A DNA stretch of 63,358 nt, filler included, from an uncultured Methanosarcinales archaeon (GTDB lineage: Archaea > Nanobdellota > Nanobdellia > Woesearchaeales > JACPBV01), in NCBI GenBank assembly GCA_964492935.1. It is 5 parts of 5 records of this genome, joined end to end, with 100 filler letters (N's around TTAATTAATTAA, not from the genome) between each part and the next. Parts side by side here need not be neighbours in the genome. Positions count along the whole stretch, not along the records: positions 34,668 to 47,657 come from CAZBLF010000031.1; positions 47,758 to 60,730 come from CAZBLF010000032.1; 3 more parts are not named here. One strand, 5' to 3'. The notes under the pieces were generated by a model. That model ran no database searches, was not told the DNA's origin, and saw nothing but the letters and a program-made list of their open reading frames with translations. Position numbers and translations under genes: made by a program. Below are positions 38,968-48,288 of this stretch, one piece after another; positions within the stretch are counted from its first letter, which is position 1; the number at the start of each line of letters is the position of its first letter.

Positions 38968-39507
38968 ATGAATAAGCACGAACTCCATCACAAAACCGAG
39001 CTTCTCATCGACAAATTAATACCCTGGATGCTGCTCCTGCTTTTTGGAATTATTGCCGCAGAGTTTTTTTTTGAAGAAGTGGTAGCAAAATACCATCTTC
39101 ATCCCTGGATCATAGCAGCCGACACCCTAGTCGTAGCCGTCTTCATTGTCGACCTGGTCTTCAAATATCAACGTGTTATGAAAGTAGACAAATTCATTAA
39201 AAAATACTGGCTGGAAATCTTAGCAGTGTTCCCCTTCATCCTCTTCTTCAGATTCTTTGAAGGAATCTTTAGCTTCTTTATTGCAGAAGAAGCGCTCAAA
39301 CATTCACAATCAATTATTCACGAAACCCTAGAACTAGAAAAGGGGGGAGCAAAGATTTTCAGAGAGGCAGAAAAGGCATTCAAAGTTTCACGAACACGCG
39401 CCTTTACAAGATTCATTAGACCACTCGCCAGAACTCCGAGATTTCTAAAATATATGCCTCGACTCGGGAAATATCTTCACTTCTACGAAAAACCTACAAA
39501 ACACTAA
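38968..39507 (+). CDS. Ion-transport (voltage-sensor-like) domain protein lacking a pore
   Basis: VFIVDLVFKY (S2-like), KKYWLEILAVFPF (S3-like), Arg-periodic RTRAFTRFIRPLARTPRFLK. Confidence 0.7.
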   Translation: MNKHELHHKTELLIDKLIPWMLLLLFGIIAAEFFFEEVVAKYHLHPWIIAADTLVVAVFIVDLVFKYQRVMKVDKFIKKYWLEILAVFPFILFFRFFEGIFSFFIAEEALKHSQSIIHETLELEKGGAKIFREAEKAFKVSRTRAFTRFIRPLARTPRFLKYMPRLGKYLHFYEKPTKH

Positions 39508-40970
39508 GAAATCTGAGAAGTAAGAGTGGTGCTACACCCAGCAACCGCATTAAATAAGCAATAATTCTCCTTAATGCTATCTGGAGAATGAATGCCTCCA
39601 AACTTAACATGGTTGTTAATCACAAAGGTAGGATACGTACTAATAGCAAACTCATCCACCAATGACTGTGCATTTGCATTAACCAAGCGCTCTGTAAACG
39701 TGATATCTCCCTTAAATAGATCTACAACCGGCTGCACATTCCTCATTGTTCGATCACGAACGTCAGCAGTAACAAAAACAGTCAAGGTCTTTGCTCTTGG
39801 CTCACGCCCAGCGAAATACGATGCACCAGATGCCTGTGGCGTCACAAAGTAACCACCATCAACAAGCGCTAGAGCTCGAGAAAAAAGATCAAAATGGGCT
39901 GCATTACCTACCTCCTCTCCTATAAAGTAAGCAGGAAGCAAAGAAATTTGTTGTCTTAGTGCTAAAGCACTCCCCTCATCCGAAGCGAAAGAAAGACGGT
40001 TAACAACAAGATTAGGGAAAACCTCCCTTAACGTCTGCTCCATACGCGTGCTATCACAGAGTGCACAACTCGGATCATCTATAATAGTAAGATGAACCTC
40101 AGAATCCTCAACAAAACTACAAGCTGCATCTGAGGTAGCTGCATCCGAGCAACTACCAATCATCCGATCCTGGCTGCAATCACTATCACGATAACAGGCA
40201 GGTTCAGTCACAATTTCAGATTGCGCAAGTAATTCTATAGGCTGGTCCATCGAGCCAGATCGATCTCCAAAAAGATTTCCCTTGAACAGAAAAAATAATC
40301 CAAAAGCAATAACTAAAACAATAAAAGCATATTTTCCTAATGAAGAACGCTCAGATGAATCTTTGCTAGCATAAGCGGGCTCACTTTTGTGCTCCTCCGT
40401 AAGCGGTACATCCTCCTCGCCCGCTTTAGTATCCTCAGTAACTTCCTCGACAACCTCAGCCTCCTTGACCACCGGTTCCTCGACAGCCTTTTCCTCAACC
40501 GGTTCCTCTGAATCAGTAGAATCTTTCTCCTCCTCAATAACCTGCTCTTTCGCAGGTTCCTCAGCAATAACTGCCTCAACAACCTCTTCCTTTTCTTCCT
40601 CAACAACCTCTTCAACCGTATCTTCGGTTCTGTCTTCAGTAACTTCAGGTTCCTCTTCAGTTTTTTCTTCCTCAACCGATTCAGGCTTCTGAGAAACTTC
40701 TTCAGCAACCTCTGCCTTCTCTTCTTCAACCGGTTCAGCCTCAATCTCCTCGCTAACCTCTTCGACGATATCAGTAGCATTCTTTTCCTGAGCAACATCC
40801 TCCTGCTCCTCGGGAGAATCCTTTTCCTCTACTACATCCTTCTCAGAAAGTTGAGACTGAATACGTGATTCGCCTCGATTAAACTCCTCTTGCGAAATAA
40901 TACCGGACTCCATACTGTCCTTTAAGAATTGAAGTTCCTTCTCCAGTTTCTCCTTTTTTTCATCATCCAT
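39504..40970 (-). CDS. Acidic membrane-anchored protein with thioredoxin-like domains
   Basis: E-rich N-terminus, TM, CALC, YPTFVIN. Confidence 0.7.
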   Translation of the reverse strand: MDDEKKEKLEKELQFLKDSMESGIISQEEFNRGESRIQSQLSEKDVVEEKDSPEEQEDVAQEKNATDIVEEVSEEIEAEPVEEEKAEVAEEVSQKPESVEEEKTEEEPEVTEDRTEDTVEEVVEEEKEEVVEAVIAEEPAKEQVIEEEKDSTDSEEPVEEKAVEEPVVKEAEVVEEVTEDTKAGEEDVPLTEEHKSEPAYASKDSSERSSLGKYAFIVLVIAFGLFFLFKGNLFGDRSGSMDQPIELLAQSEIVTEPACYRDSDCSQDRMIGSCSDAATSDAACSFVEDSEVHLTIIDDPSCALCDSTRMEQTLREVFPNLVVNRLSFASDEGSALALRQQISLLPAYFIGEEVGNAAHFDLFSRALALVDGGYFVTPQASGASYFAGREPRAKTLTVFVTADVRDRTMRNVQPVVDLFKGDITFTERLVNANAQSLVDEFAISTYPTFVINNHVKFGGIHSPDSIKENYCLFNAVAGCSTTLTSQIS

Positions 40971-42013
40971 TATATCGTCAATTCCCCAATAATAGTTCGA
41001 AATCCCTCTTCCTCCTGAATGAGGCTACTATAATAATTGCCCTTTCTAGCCTGAGTACATCCGAACAGATAAAACGGAACCTTGCCCTCATTATTAAATG
41101 CTTTGAAAAGTTCTAGTGCCTGACGCGAAACGCCCGTCTCTTTCTCGAGTGTGGTCAAATCATCGCCCGTATCAAGCTGCCATCGGTGTAAAGTAACACC
41201 TTCAAATCCATCAACAGCACGAACCAATGCCGGCTCTATCCAAGTGCAAGCCTCACAGGTACTTGTAGTAAAGACGTGCAGCAGAATCTTTCCCTCGTCC
41301 ATACAAACAGTCTCATCAATTTCCGTAAAACCAGCTCTCCCATCATCCTGGGGTTCACCCTCTAAGACGATATTGCTTGTAGAACGTAATTGACTCAAAT
41401 AAAGTGATACAGCAGCATTTGTTTGCTCAAAGAGAAGTTGCTGTCGAATAGGATCTGCAATCTGCTCAAAAGGAAGTGCTACTCCATCAACGGTAAACTC
41501 CTCTAATCGGGAATTGTAAAAATCTAACACCTCTGCCTCACTCACCTCGAGAGAGGGGAGAATGGTAGCGTCAATCAATTTATTAATCAAAAGCTGATCA
41601 TGCAAATCACTACGTAAATTATCTCGAGTTAATCCTTGTTGGTCTAAAAAATCATCAAGTGAGGTACCTTCCGGAATCTGATCCTCGAGCAAAGCAAAAG
41701 AATCCTCTAATTCCTCCTCACTCACCACCTCACCTTTTCGAATAGCCTCCTGAATCAACAATTTTACATCAATAAGTTCACTCAAAAACTCCTGCTCACT
41801 AAGAACCTCTGAATACTCTGCTGGAAGCTGAGCATACCGAGTGCTCAATTCACGAGCCGTAATCTTCTCGCCATTAACCAATGCTACAGTAGGGTTACCA
41901 ATCGAAAGTGTTCGTAACCCAAAATAAACAATCACACCGAGTACAATAACAAGGATGCCTACTACAAGAACTTTCTGAGAAAAAAGCTTTTTGTTTTTTG
42001 TTGTTTCAGTCAT
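40970..42013 (-). CDS. SurA N-terminal domain plus thioredoxin-like protein
   Basis: VALVNGEKIT, LLIQEA; CEAC. Confidence 0.75.
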   Translation of the reverse strand: MTETTKNKKLFSQKVLVVGILVIVLGVIVYFGLRTLSIGNPTVALVNGEKITARELSTRYAQLPAEYSEVLSEQEFLSELIDVKLLIQEAIRKGEVVSEEELEDSFALLEDQIPEGTSLDDFLDQQGLTRDNLRSDLHDQLLINKLIDATILPSLEVSEAEVLDFYNSRLEEFTVDGVALPFEQIADPIRQQLLFEQTNAAVSLYLSQLRSTSNIVLEGEPQDDGRAGFTEIDETVCMDEGKILLHVFTTSTCEACTWIEPALVRAVDGFEGVTLHRWQLDTGDDLTTLEKETGVSRQALELFKAFNNEGKVPFYLFGCTQARKGNYYSSLIQEEEGFRTIIGELTI

Positions 42014-42128
42014 CTGAGTTAATAGTCTACCAGAACCTCTTAAAAGAACAAAAAATTGACGATATATAAAGATTTCTGATTATCTTCACTACCCCTAAGT
42101 TCAAAATAAGCTAATTTCCAATAACTTT

Positions 42129-43475
42129 ATGTACTCCTATGCTCCAAATCAACAGATGTATGACGTAGTAGTGGGAAGAAGCGAGTCAGATAAAAAAAAG
42201 TTCGGGACCAAAGGCGCAGTTTTCATGGGCAAACACTATGTCCACATGGGTTCCACCACCTCCCTCTCAAATAAAATCTATCTTGACGTGACGAGAAGCC
42301 ACGTAGTTTTCTTGTGCGGCAAAAGAGGATCTGGAAAATCGTATACCATGGGAGTAATTGCAGAGGGAGTTGCAGATCTCCCAGTAGATGTCAAAGACAA
42401 CATCGCAATCATCATGCTCGACACCATGGGAGTCTATTGGCCGATGAAATACGCCAATAAAAAGGAAGGCGATCTGCTCAAGGAATGGGATCTAGAAAGC
42501 AAAGGACTAGACATCAAAATCTATACTCCTAAAGGATACTTCCAAGAGCAACTCGACAAAGGCATTCCCACCGATGAACCTTTCTCCATCAAACCAGCCG
42601 AGTTAGATGCAAGCGATTGGTGCCTCACCTTCGAAATCGAGATTAGTAGCCCAGAGGGCGTACTGATTGAAACCACCATCAACGATCTGCTCGATACAAA
42701 CAAACCCTTCGATCTCGAAGACATCAAAAAAGCGATCAAAAATCAAAAAGGGGTAGAGGACCACGTAAAACAAGCCGTCATTAACAGGTATACTGCCGCC
42801 AACAAATGGGGACTCTTTGACAAAGATGGAACACCCCTACACGAACTCGCTAAAGGAGGCCAAGTCACCGTTCTTGACGTGAGTTGTTATGCAACCGCTC
42901 CCGGAACGCAGGGGTTAAGGGCATTAGTCATCGGATTAGTAGCTGAGAAACTCTTTGTAGAACGAATGATTGCCCGTAAGGAAGAGGAGATCCAACAAAT
43001 CAAAGAAAAGGAACACGTCATGCGTGAAAAAGTACAAAAAAAACAAAAAGATCCGTTGGTATGGTTAGTAATTGATGAGGCCCACGAATTCCTTCCAAAA
43101 GAGGGTCAAACAGCAGCATCACATCCCTTAATCATCATCCTACGAGAAGGCCGACAACCCGGAATCTCACTCATCCTAGCAACACAACAACCGGGAAAGA
43201 TCCATACCGACGTCATGACCCAGTCCGATATCGTCATCTCCCATAGGTTAACTGCGAAGATGGATGTAGAAGCCCTAGGAATGGTCATGCAGAGCTATAT
43301 GCGTGAAGGTCTCGATAAACAAATCAACAACCTCCCCCGTCTAAAAGGTTCCGCAGTAGTCTTCGATGACAACAACGAAAGAATGTATGCCATGCGCGTC
43401 CGTCCAAGATTTACGTGGCACGGCGGCGAAGCTCCAACCGCAATGAAAGAAGATAAAAAAGTGTTCGACTTCTAA
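42129..43475 (+). CDS. HerA/FtsK-superfamily ATPase (DUF87-like)
   Basis: GKRGSGKS, LVIDEAH, REGRQPG..LATQQP. Confidence 0.88.
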   Translation: MYSYAPNQQMYDVVVGRSESDKKKFGTKGAVFMGKHYVHMGSTTSLSNKIYLDVTRSHVVFLCGKRGSGKSYTMGVIAEGVADLPVDVKDNIAIIMLDTMGVYWPMKYANKKEGDLLKEWDLESKGLDIKIYTPKGYFQEQLDKGIPTDEPFSIKPAELDASDWCLTFEIEISSPEGVLIETTINDLLDTNKPFDLEDIKKAIKNQKGVEDHVKQAVINRYTAANKWGLFDKDGTPLHELAKGGQVTVLDVSCYATAPGTQGLRALVIGLVAEKLFVERMIARKEEEIQQIKEKEHVMREKVQKKQKDPLVWLVIDEAHEFLPKEGQTAASHPLIIILREGRQPGISLILATQQPGKIHTDVMTQSDIVISHRLTAKMDVEALGMVMQSYMREGLDKQINNLPRLKGSAVVFDDNNERMYAMRVRPRFTWHGGEAPTAMKEDKKVFDF

Positions 43476-43476
43476 T

Positions 43477-43677
43477 CTATTTTTTCTTACCCATTTCCGG
43501 CAACACCGGAGAATACGTCATCGAAATCATCGAAGCAATAAACATCAAGATAAAGAACAACGAAAACGTGAATCCCCAAGTCCTACTAAAAGAACTAATG
43601 TAAAAGATTGAAATCATAATACCTAAAATCGAAACCGCTGCAAAAGCATTATTTAATGGTGCCACTCTTGGTAACAT
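43477..43677 (-). CDS. Small two-TM protein
   Basis: GAGGTGG SD, hydrophobic. Confidence 0.7.
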   Translation of the reverse strand: MLPRVAPLNNAFAAVSILGIMISIFYISSFSRTWGFTFSLFFILMFIASMISMTYSPVLPEMGKKK

Positions 43678-43797
43678 ACTACCACCTCAAGTGACTTCCT
43701 AGGTAAGGAGTATATAAATTTTTGGAAAAAGTTCAGTACTATACGGATATTACAATTGTGCGAAAAGCTTTTATAATAGAAAGTCCAGAAAATATTC

Positions 43798-44309
43798 ATG
43801 TGGCCATTTAGTAACATGTGGAGAGCGGTAAGTCCAAGAGCTCGAGCAGCTCATGTCGGGAGAATCATTGCCGAGAGAGAGAGCGGAAGGGCGCAAGATT
43901 TCTCGAATTAAAGAAAAACGACCCAAAGATGAGAAGGAAATTTGAAAGAGATGTGAACAACCTTCTCGCTATAGGTCACTTCAATGACTTTTTTTCGATG
44001 TCCATAGATACAGGTAGCGAGAGTATGGGTACTAGGGACGGCGATGTATACGGGAGAGCAGGGAAAAGGACAAAACACCAAACGTTCATGTTGGATCACT
44101 TTAAGGGGAGAGTAAATCAAGTAAAAGGTATGGCCAGTAAAGAGCGAGTCTTCAAAGATAAAGCAAAAGACTTGCTAGAAAAAGCGTTTGATGAGCTTAA
44201 TGCATCAAAAAGTAGGTTTAGGGGAATAAAAGTTGCGAATTCTGGAGATATTGAAGGTTACCTCCCCCAGTTTAGAAGAATTATCAGTGAAGTAAGTAGA
44301 TACAATTAA
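43798..44309 (+). pseudogene. Hypothetical protein probably frameshifted at (GA)5G 43873-43883
   Basis: TATA-proximal ATG 43798 (MWPFSN...) joins the long ORF if one GA unit is removed. Confidence 0.5.
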
Positions 44310-44361
44310 AGATTCCCCATTCTAACTATTTTTTCAACTGAACAGATCTTTGCGAAAGAGA

Positions 44362-45573
44362 TCACTCATACCTCAAAGCATCAACCGGCTTCTGCCGAGA
44401 CGCATGCAATGCAGGAAGAAAACCAGAACCGGCTCCCACCAAAAAAGCAAACATCAAACAGCCCACAATTAACCACCACGGAAATGCCGGTTTCAATAAA
44501 CCAAGCCCTGCCTGTGCAGCCGCGAAACCTCCAATCGAAGCAATCAAATAACCAAGAATAATCCCAATCACACCACCAACAAGCCCCAACAATCCCGATT
44601 CAACAACAAACACCGTCAAGATGCTCTTATTACGCGAACCCACTGCCTTCATAATGCCGATCTCCTTCGTCCGCTCCAACACTGCAGTATACATCGTGTT
44701 CATGATATTGATAGCTGCAATCACCAAAGAAATCAATGCAATAAGCACCAAAACCCCATTCAAAACAACAATCACATTCGTAAAAGCCTCAATAAATTGA
44801 TCAAAGGTCTGGACAAAAAAGTCCTCCTCACCCTCCTTCTGTCCCTTCCGCTTCCTAAATTTCTCCTCAGCCCGCTCAGCAACCAGTACCGGATCTTCAC
44901 CCGGACCGGCCTGCAGCGTTACCATAGCATATCCTCTGTCCCCAAAAATCTCCAAGAAACCCTCCTCACTCAGATAGACATTACGATCATCCTCTGGATT
45001 TCCAAGCGATTCAAAGAAACCCACAATCTCCACCTTCACGCCATTCACAAAAATCCGGTCTCCCAGATGCAAAGCTTCCGGAAAAACCTTGTCAGCAAGC
45101 TGGTAATTATATCCAACAGCGACCTTCAACTTATCACCGCCCTTCAAATTTCGTCCAGACTCAATATCTACATTATAGACTGCTTCAATCAGATGTCGGC
45201 TAGAATCCGTAGGAGAACCTATTACATACACATACCGCGGCAACTCATCCTCCTCCGCTCTCACCTCAGCATTCACGAAATACATTCCCGCAACATCAAC
45301 AACCCCTCTAATCTTAGAAAAAAAATCTACATCCTCATCCGAGAAAGTAACCCCGCTACTTCCTGGCGGTCCAAAACCCCGAGCCTGCACCACAAGCTTA
45401 TCCGTCCCCAACTCCTTAGAGAAATCATCAATATACTGCTTCATCCCCTGACCAAAACTAACAAGTGCAAAGATCGCCATAATCCCAATAAGAATAGAAA
45501 GCACCGTCAAAAAACTCCGCATCTTACGTTCCCAAATATTACGCAACGAATACACCAATAAATCCATATTCAT
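44362..45573 (-). CDS. MacB/FtsX-family ABC permease
   Basis: RSFLTVLSILIG, NTMYTAVLERTKEIGIMKAVG, PVDALRYE. Confidence 0.93.
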   Translation of the reverse strand: MNMDLLVYSLRNIWERKMRSFLTVLSILIGIMAIFALVSFGQGMKQYIDDFSKELGTDKLVVQARGFGPPGSSGVTFSDEDVDFFSKIRGVVDVAGMYFVNAEVRAEEDELPRYVYVIGSPTDSSRHLIEAVYNVDIESGRNLKGGDKLKVAVGYNYQLADKVFPEALHLGDRIFVNGVKVEIVGFFESLGNPEDDRNVYLSEEGFLEIFGDRGYAMVTLQAGPGEDPVLVAERAEEKFRKRKGQKEGEEDFFVQTFDQFIEAFTNVIVVLNGVLVLIALISLVIAAINIMNTMYTAVLERTKEIGIMKAVGSRNKSILTVFVVESGLLGLVGGVIGIILGYLIASIGGFAAAQAGLGLLKPAFPWWLIVGCLMFAFLVGAGSGFLPALHASRQKPVDALRYE

Positions 45574-46793
45574 TTACCAGCCCTCAACGCATCTACCGGA
45601 GGCAATTTAGCAGCCCGCATCGCTGGAGTAATCCCGAACACCACCCCAATAACAAAAGAAAACAATAAAGCCCCTACAATGAGTCCAACACTAAACTGAG
45701 CCTGAATAAGATCGCTACCCAATGCAATACTTCCGAGAGCAGCCATACTCGAAGCGCCAATAACACCAATTGCCACCCCGACAATCCCTCCTACAATACC
45801 TAACAAACCCGATTCCAAAAAGAACAACAAAAAAATAGAACTATTCCTAGCACCAATCGATTTCATGATACCAATTTCCTTAGTTCTCTCCAATACCGAG
45901 GTGTACATAGTATTCAAGATCCCTATCCCTCCAACAATCAAAGAAATGCTAGCAATAATAATAACAAAAATATTAATTCCCAACAAGATAGAATTGATGT
46001 TCTCAATCGCAGCCGCAGCCGTTTCAACACCAAAATCCTCCTCTCCTTCCTTAACATCTCTCTCCTTGCGCAAAAATCTTTCAACAGAATCCCTAATCTC
46101 CTCTGCCTCATCTTTATCTTCAGCCCGTATCGCAATCATATCGTACTGCTCTTTCGGAATCTCAAAAAGATCTCGCATCGGCTCCTCATTCAATACAATA
46201 GAGCCATCAAAAAGAAAGCTTCCCTGACTCTTCAACACACCAACCACCTTGAACGGTTTACCCTCAATCTCAACCTTTGCACCCGGCAAAATCTCTTTGC
46301 CAAATGAATCTTCTTCAGCCACTGCGCTCCCAACAACCACTGAATTACCATCACCATCTCTCAATAATCTACCCTTAACAACTTCATAATTTATAGCCTC
46401 CTCAATCTCCTCCCGATCCTCTCCATCCGGCATACTGAGAGCTATCCCAAAACCAATCTGATCGTTAAATCGTAAACTACCGGGTCGCGTCAATCTCCCA
46501 GCAACCATCCTCACCCCTTGAATATGCTCAATGCCCTCGACATTAGATTGCGTTAACGGATTGGCAACCACCGTAGTTCCAGGAGGTGCTAAACTATTTC
46601 CTATACTCACCCTAATCAAATCAGGACTCAGAAAACCGAATTGTGAATTTATACCTGAACGCAGACCCTCGCCCAATGAAATCAAAGAAACAACCGCAGC
46701 AATTCCAATAAAAATACCTAATAGCGTCAGATAGCTGCGCAATCTTCTACTACGTAAATTGTCTATGCAGAAAGAGAGATAATCCTGGAACAT
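45570..46793 (-). CDS. MacB/FtsX-family ABC permease (paralogue)
   Basis: RSYLTLLGIFIG, ERTKEIGIMKSIG. Confidence 0.93.
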   Translation of the reverse strand: MFQDYLSFCIDNLRSRRLRSYLTLLGIFIGIAAVVSLISLGEGLRSGINSQFGFLSPDLIRVSIGNSLAPPGTTVVANPLTQSNVEGIEHIQGVRMVAGRLTRPGSLRFNDQIGFGIALSMPDGEDREEIEEAINYEVVKGRLLRDGDGNSVVVGSAVAEEDSFGKEILPGAKVEIEGKPFKVVGVLKSQGSFLFDGSIVLNEEPMRDLFEIPKEQYDMIAIRAEDKDEAEEIRDSVERFLRKERDVKEGEEDFGVETAAAAIENINSILLGINIFVIIIASISLIVGGIGILNTMYTSVLERTKEIGIMKSIGARNSSIFLLFFLESGLLGIVGGIVGVAIGVIGASSMAALGSIALGSDLIQAQFSVGLIVGALLFSFVIGVVFGITPAMRAAKLPPVDALRAGK

Positions 46794-46802
46794 CCAGCAA
46801 CC

Positions 46803-47657
46803 TCATTTCTTTTTCTTTTTCCATCTACGGTAGCCATACAGTCCCCCTCCCACAATAAGTAACATGATGAGGAATCCACCAAAGCCGCTACCTTCCTTTA
46901 AGCCAAGCTTCTTAGCCTGGGATGAACTATATAAGCGAAGAACCACATCAACCTGCTCCTCAAACAGATTATTATTAGCATCTCGATATTCAAGCAACAA
47001 CGGAACACCCACCTGACTACCCTTCACACGTTCAAGCGCAAGATCAAAAGAAGCAGTTTCATAATCATCACTATCCACGTTACCCACATACACTTCGGGC
47101 TGCGACAACACCGCATAGGTATCACTTTCAAGCACCGAAGCCCTCAAAAATTTAATATCCGTGACGCCATGATTCACAAAACGAACCGTTACCTCACCTG
47201 TTTGTGAGGAACCATACACGTCAGATGTATCCACATACGCCAATAATTCAGGAACCCCTCCAATAATGATACCTACCGTATCATTTCGAGTGTAGATAGT
47301 TCCCAACCGATCGTTATACGTCAATTCAACAGGAAGTTTGTATAAGGAAGACGCTGCATCCGGTTCAGCCACAACCGTAAATTCCAAAGTAGTACGCTCA
47401 CCGGCATCCAAGAAGGAAACAACCTCTTCATTGGTTCCTCGCAATGTCGCAATCGGCAAACCATCCAGATTCAACACAACACGAATATTTCTAAAAAAGG
47501 CTGATGCAAGATTTACCAATTCAACCCTCAACTTCGCCTCACTGCCCTGATGCAACTGACTCGGTATCGTGGTTACAGATTCGATATGTAAGATAGCGTG
47601 ACTCGGCAACACCTCAATCACAAAAGGATCCGGCTTCACCCAGACCGTTTGAAGGCT
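46803..47657 (-). CDS. COG1361 S-layer-like protein, 5' truncated
   Basis: Ig-like repeats, VGNVDSDDYETA, C-terminal TM plus basic tail; upstream of MacB permeases. Confidence 0.75.
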   Translation of the reverse strand, partial: SLQTVWVKPDPFVIEVLPSHAILHIESVTTIPSQLHQGSEAKLRVELVNLASAFFRNIRVVLNLDGLPIATLRGTNEEVVSFLDAGERTTLEFTVVAEPDAASSLYKLPVELTYNDRLGTIYTRNDTVGIIIGGVPELLAYVDTSDVYGSSQTGEVTVRFVNHGVTDIKFLRASVLESDTYAVLSQPEVYVGNVDSDDYETASFDLALERVKGSQVGVPLLLEYRDANNNLFEEQVDVVLRLYSSSQAKKLGLKEGSGFGGFLIMLLIVGGGLYGYRRWKKKKK

Positions 47658-47757
47658 NNNNNNNNNNNNNNNNNNNNNNNNNNNNNNNNNNNNNNNNNNN
47701 NTTAATTAATTAANNNNNNNNNNNNNNNNNNNNNNNNNNNNNNNNNNNNNNNNNNNN
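47658..47757. other. Artificial contig linker
   Basis: N-TTAATTAATTAA-N. Confidence 0.98.
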
Positions 47758-48015
47758 GCTACGTTTATTGGGTTGGTGAAGAAGGCTGAGTTTGCACGGA
47801 AGCAGTCGCGGGCATTGTATAAGAATTTGGAGATTCTGGAAAAGAAAAAGTTGATTGTGTATAAGAATAAGGAATTGATGTTGACGGCGCGTGGAAAGAA
47901 ATTGTATGGCTCTATTGATGCTCGTGTGATGCCGTATGTGGATGTGGTGAGTCGATTACGGGAGAGCAATGTCAGTACGTCTGCTAAGAAAGTGCAGACG
48001 GTGTTTGCTTCGTAG
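47758..48015 (+). CDS. Winged-helix protein, C-terminal fragment
   Basis: RALYKNLEILEKKKLI...LTARG. Confidence 0.7.
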   Translation, partial: ATFIGLVKKAEFARKQSRALYKNLEILEKKKLIVYKNKELMLTARGKKLYGSIDARVMPYVDVVSRLRESNVSTSAKKVQTVFAS

Positions 48016-48066
48016 CGTAACATTTAAATAAGGGTTTTTCTCATAGAGCATTAAGTTGGCTACTTT

Positions 48067-48104
48067 GCGTGTGGATCTTTCTACACGTTTTTTTTTATTT
48101 TTTT
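48067..48104 (+). terminator. Hairpin plus poly-T terminator-like element
   Basis: GCGTGTGGA-TCTT-TCTACACGT followed by T-tracts. Confidence 0.55.
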
Positions 48105-48116
48105 CTTTGTTCTATA

Positions 48117-48242
48117 ATGTGCTTAGCGTCTTCAAAATTCGAGTCCTTTGATTATTAGGTGCTGCGTTCCCGATGGAGCGTCCCCTCGCGACGCACTCGC
48201 TGTTTATCTGAATGAATTTTGACCTAAGGAAGCTATGCACAT
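48117..48242 (+). repeat. Dispersed structured element, copy D
   Basis: ATGTGCTTAGCGT-CTTCAAAATTC(48130)-16nt-AGGTGC-TGCG-[TTCCCGATGGAGCGTCCCCT]-CGCG-AC-GCACT-16nt-GAATTTTGA-CCTAAGGA-AGCTATGCACAT. Confidence 0.82.
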
Positions 48243-48288
48243 ATTTGTTCTAGAAACGTTTATTAAGAGGTTTCTTTTCTGTTGGTTT

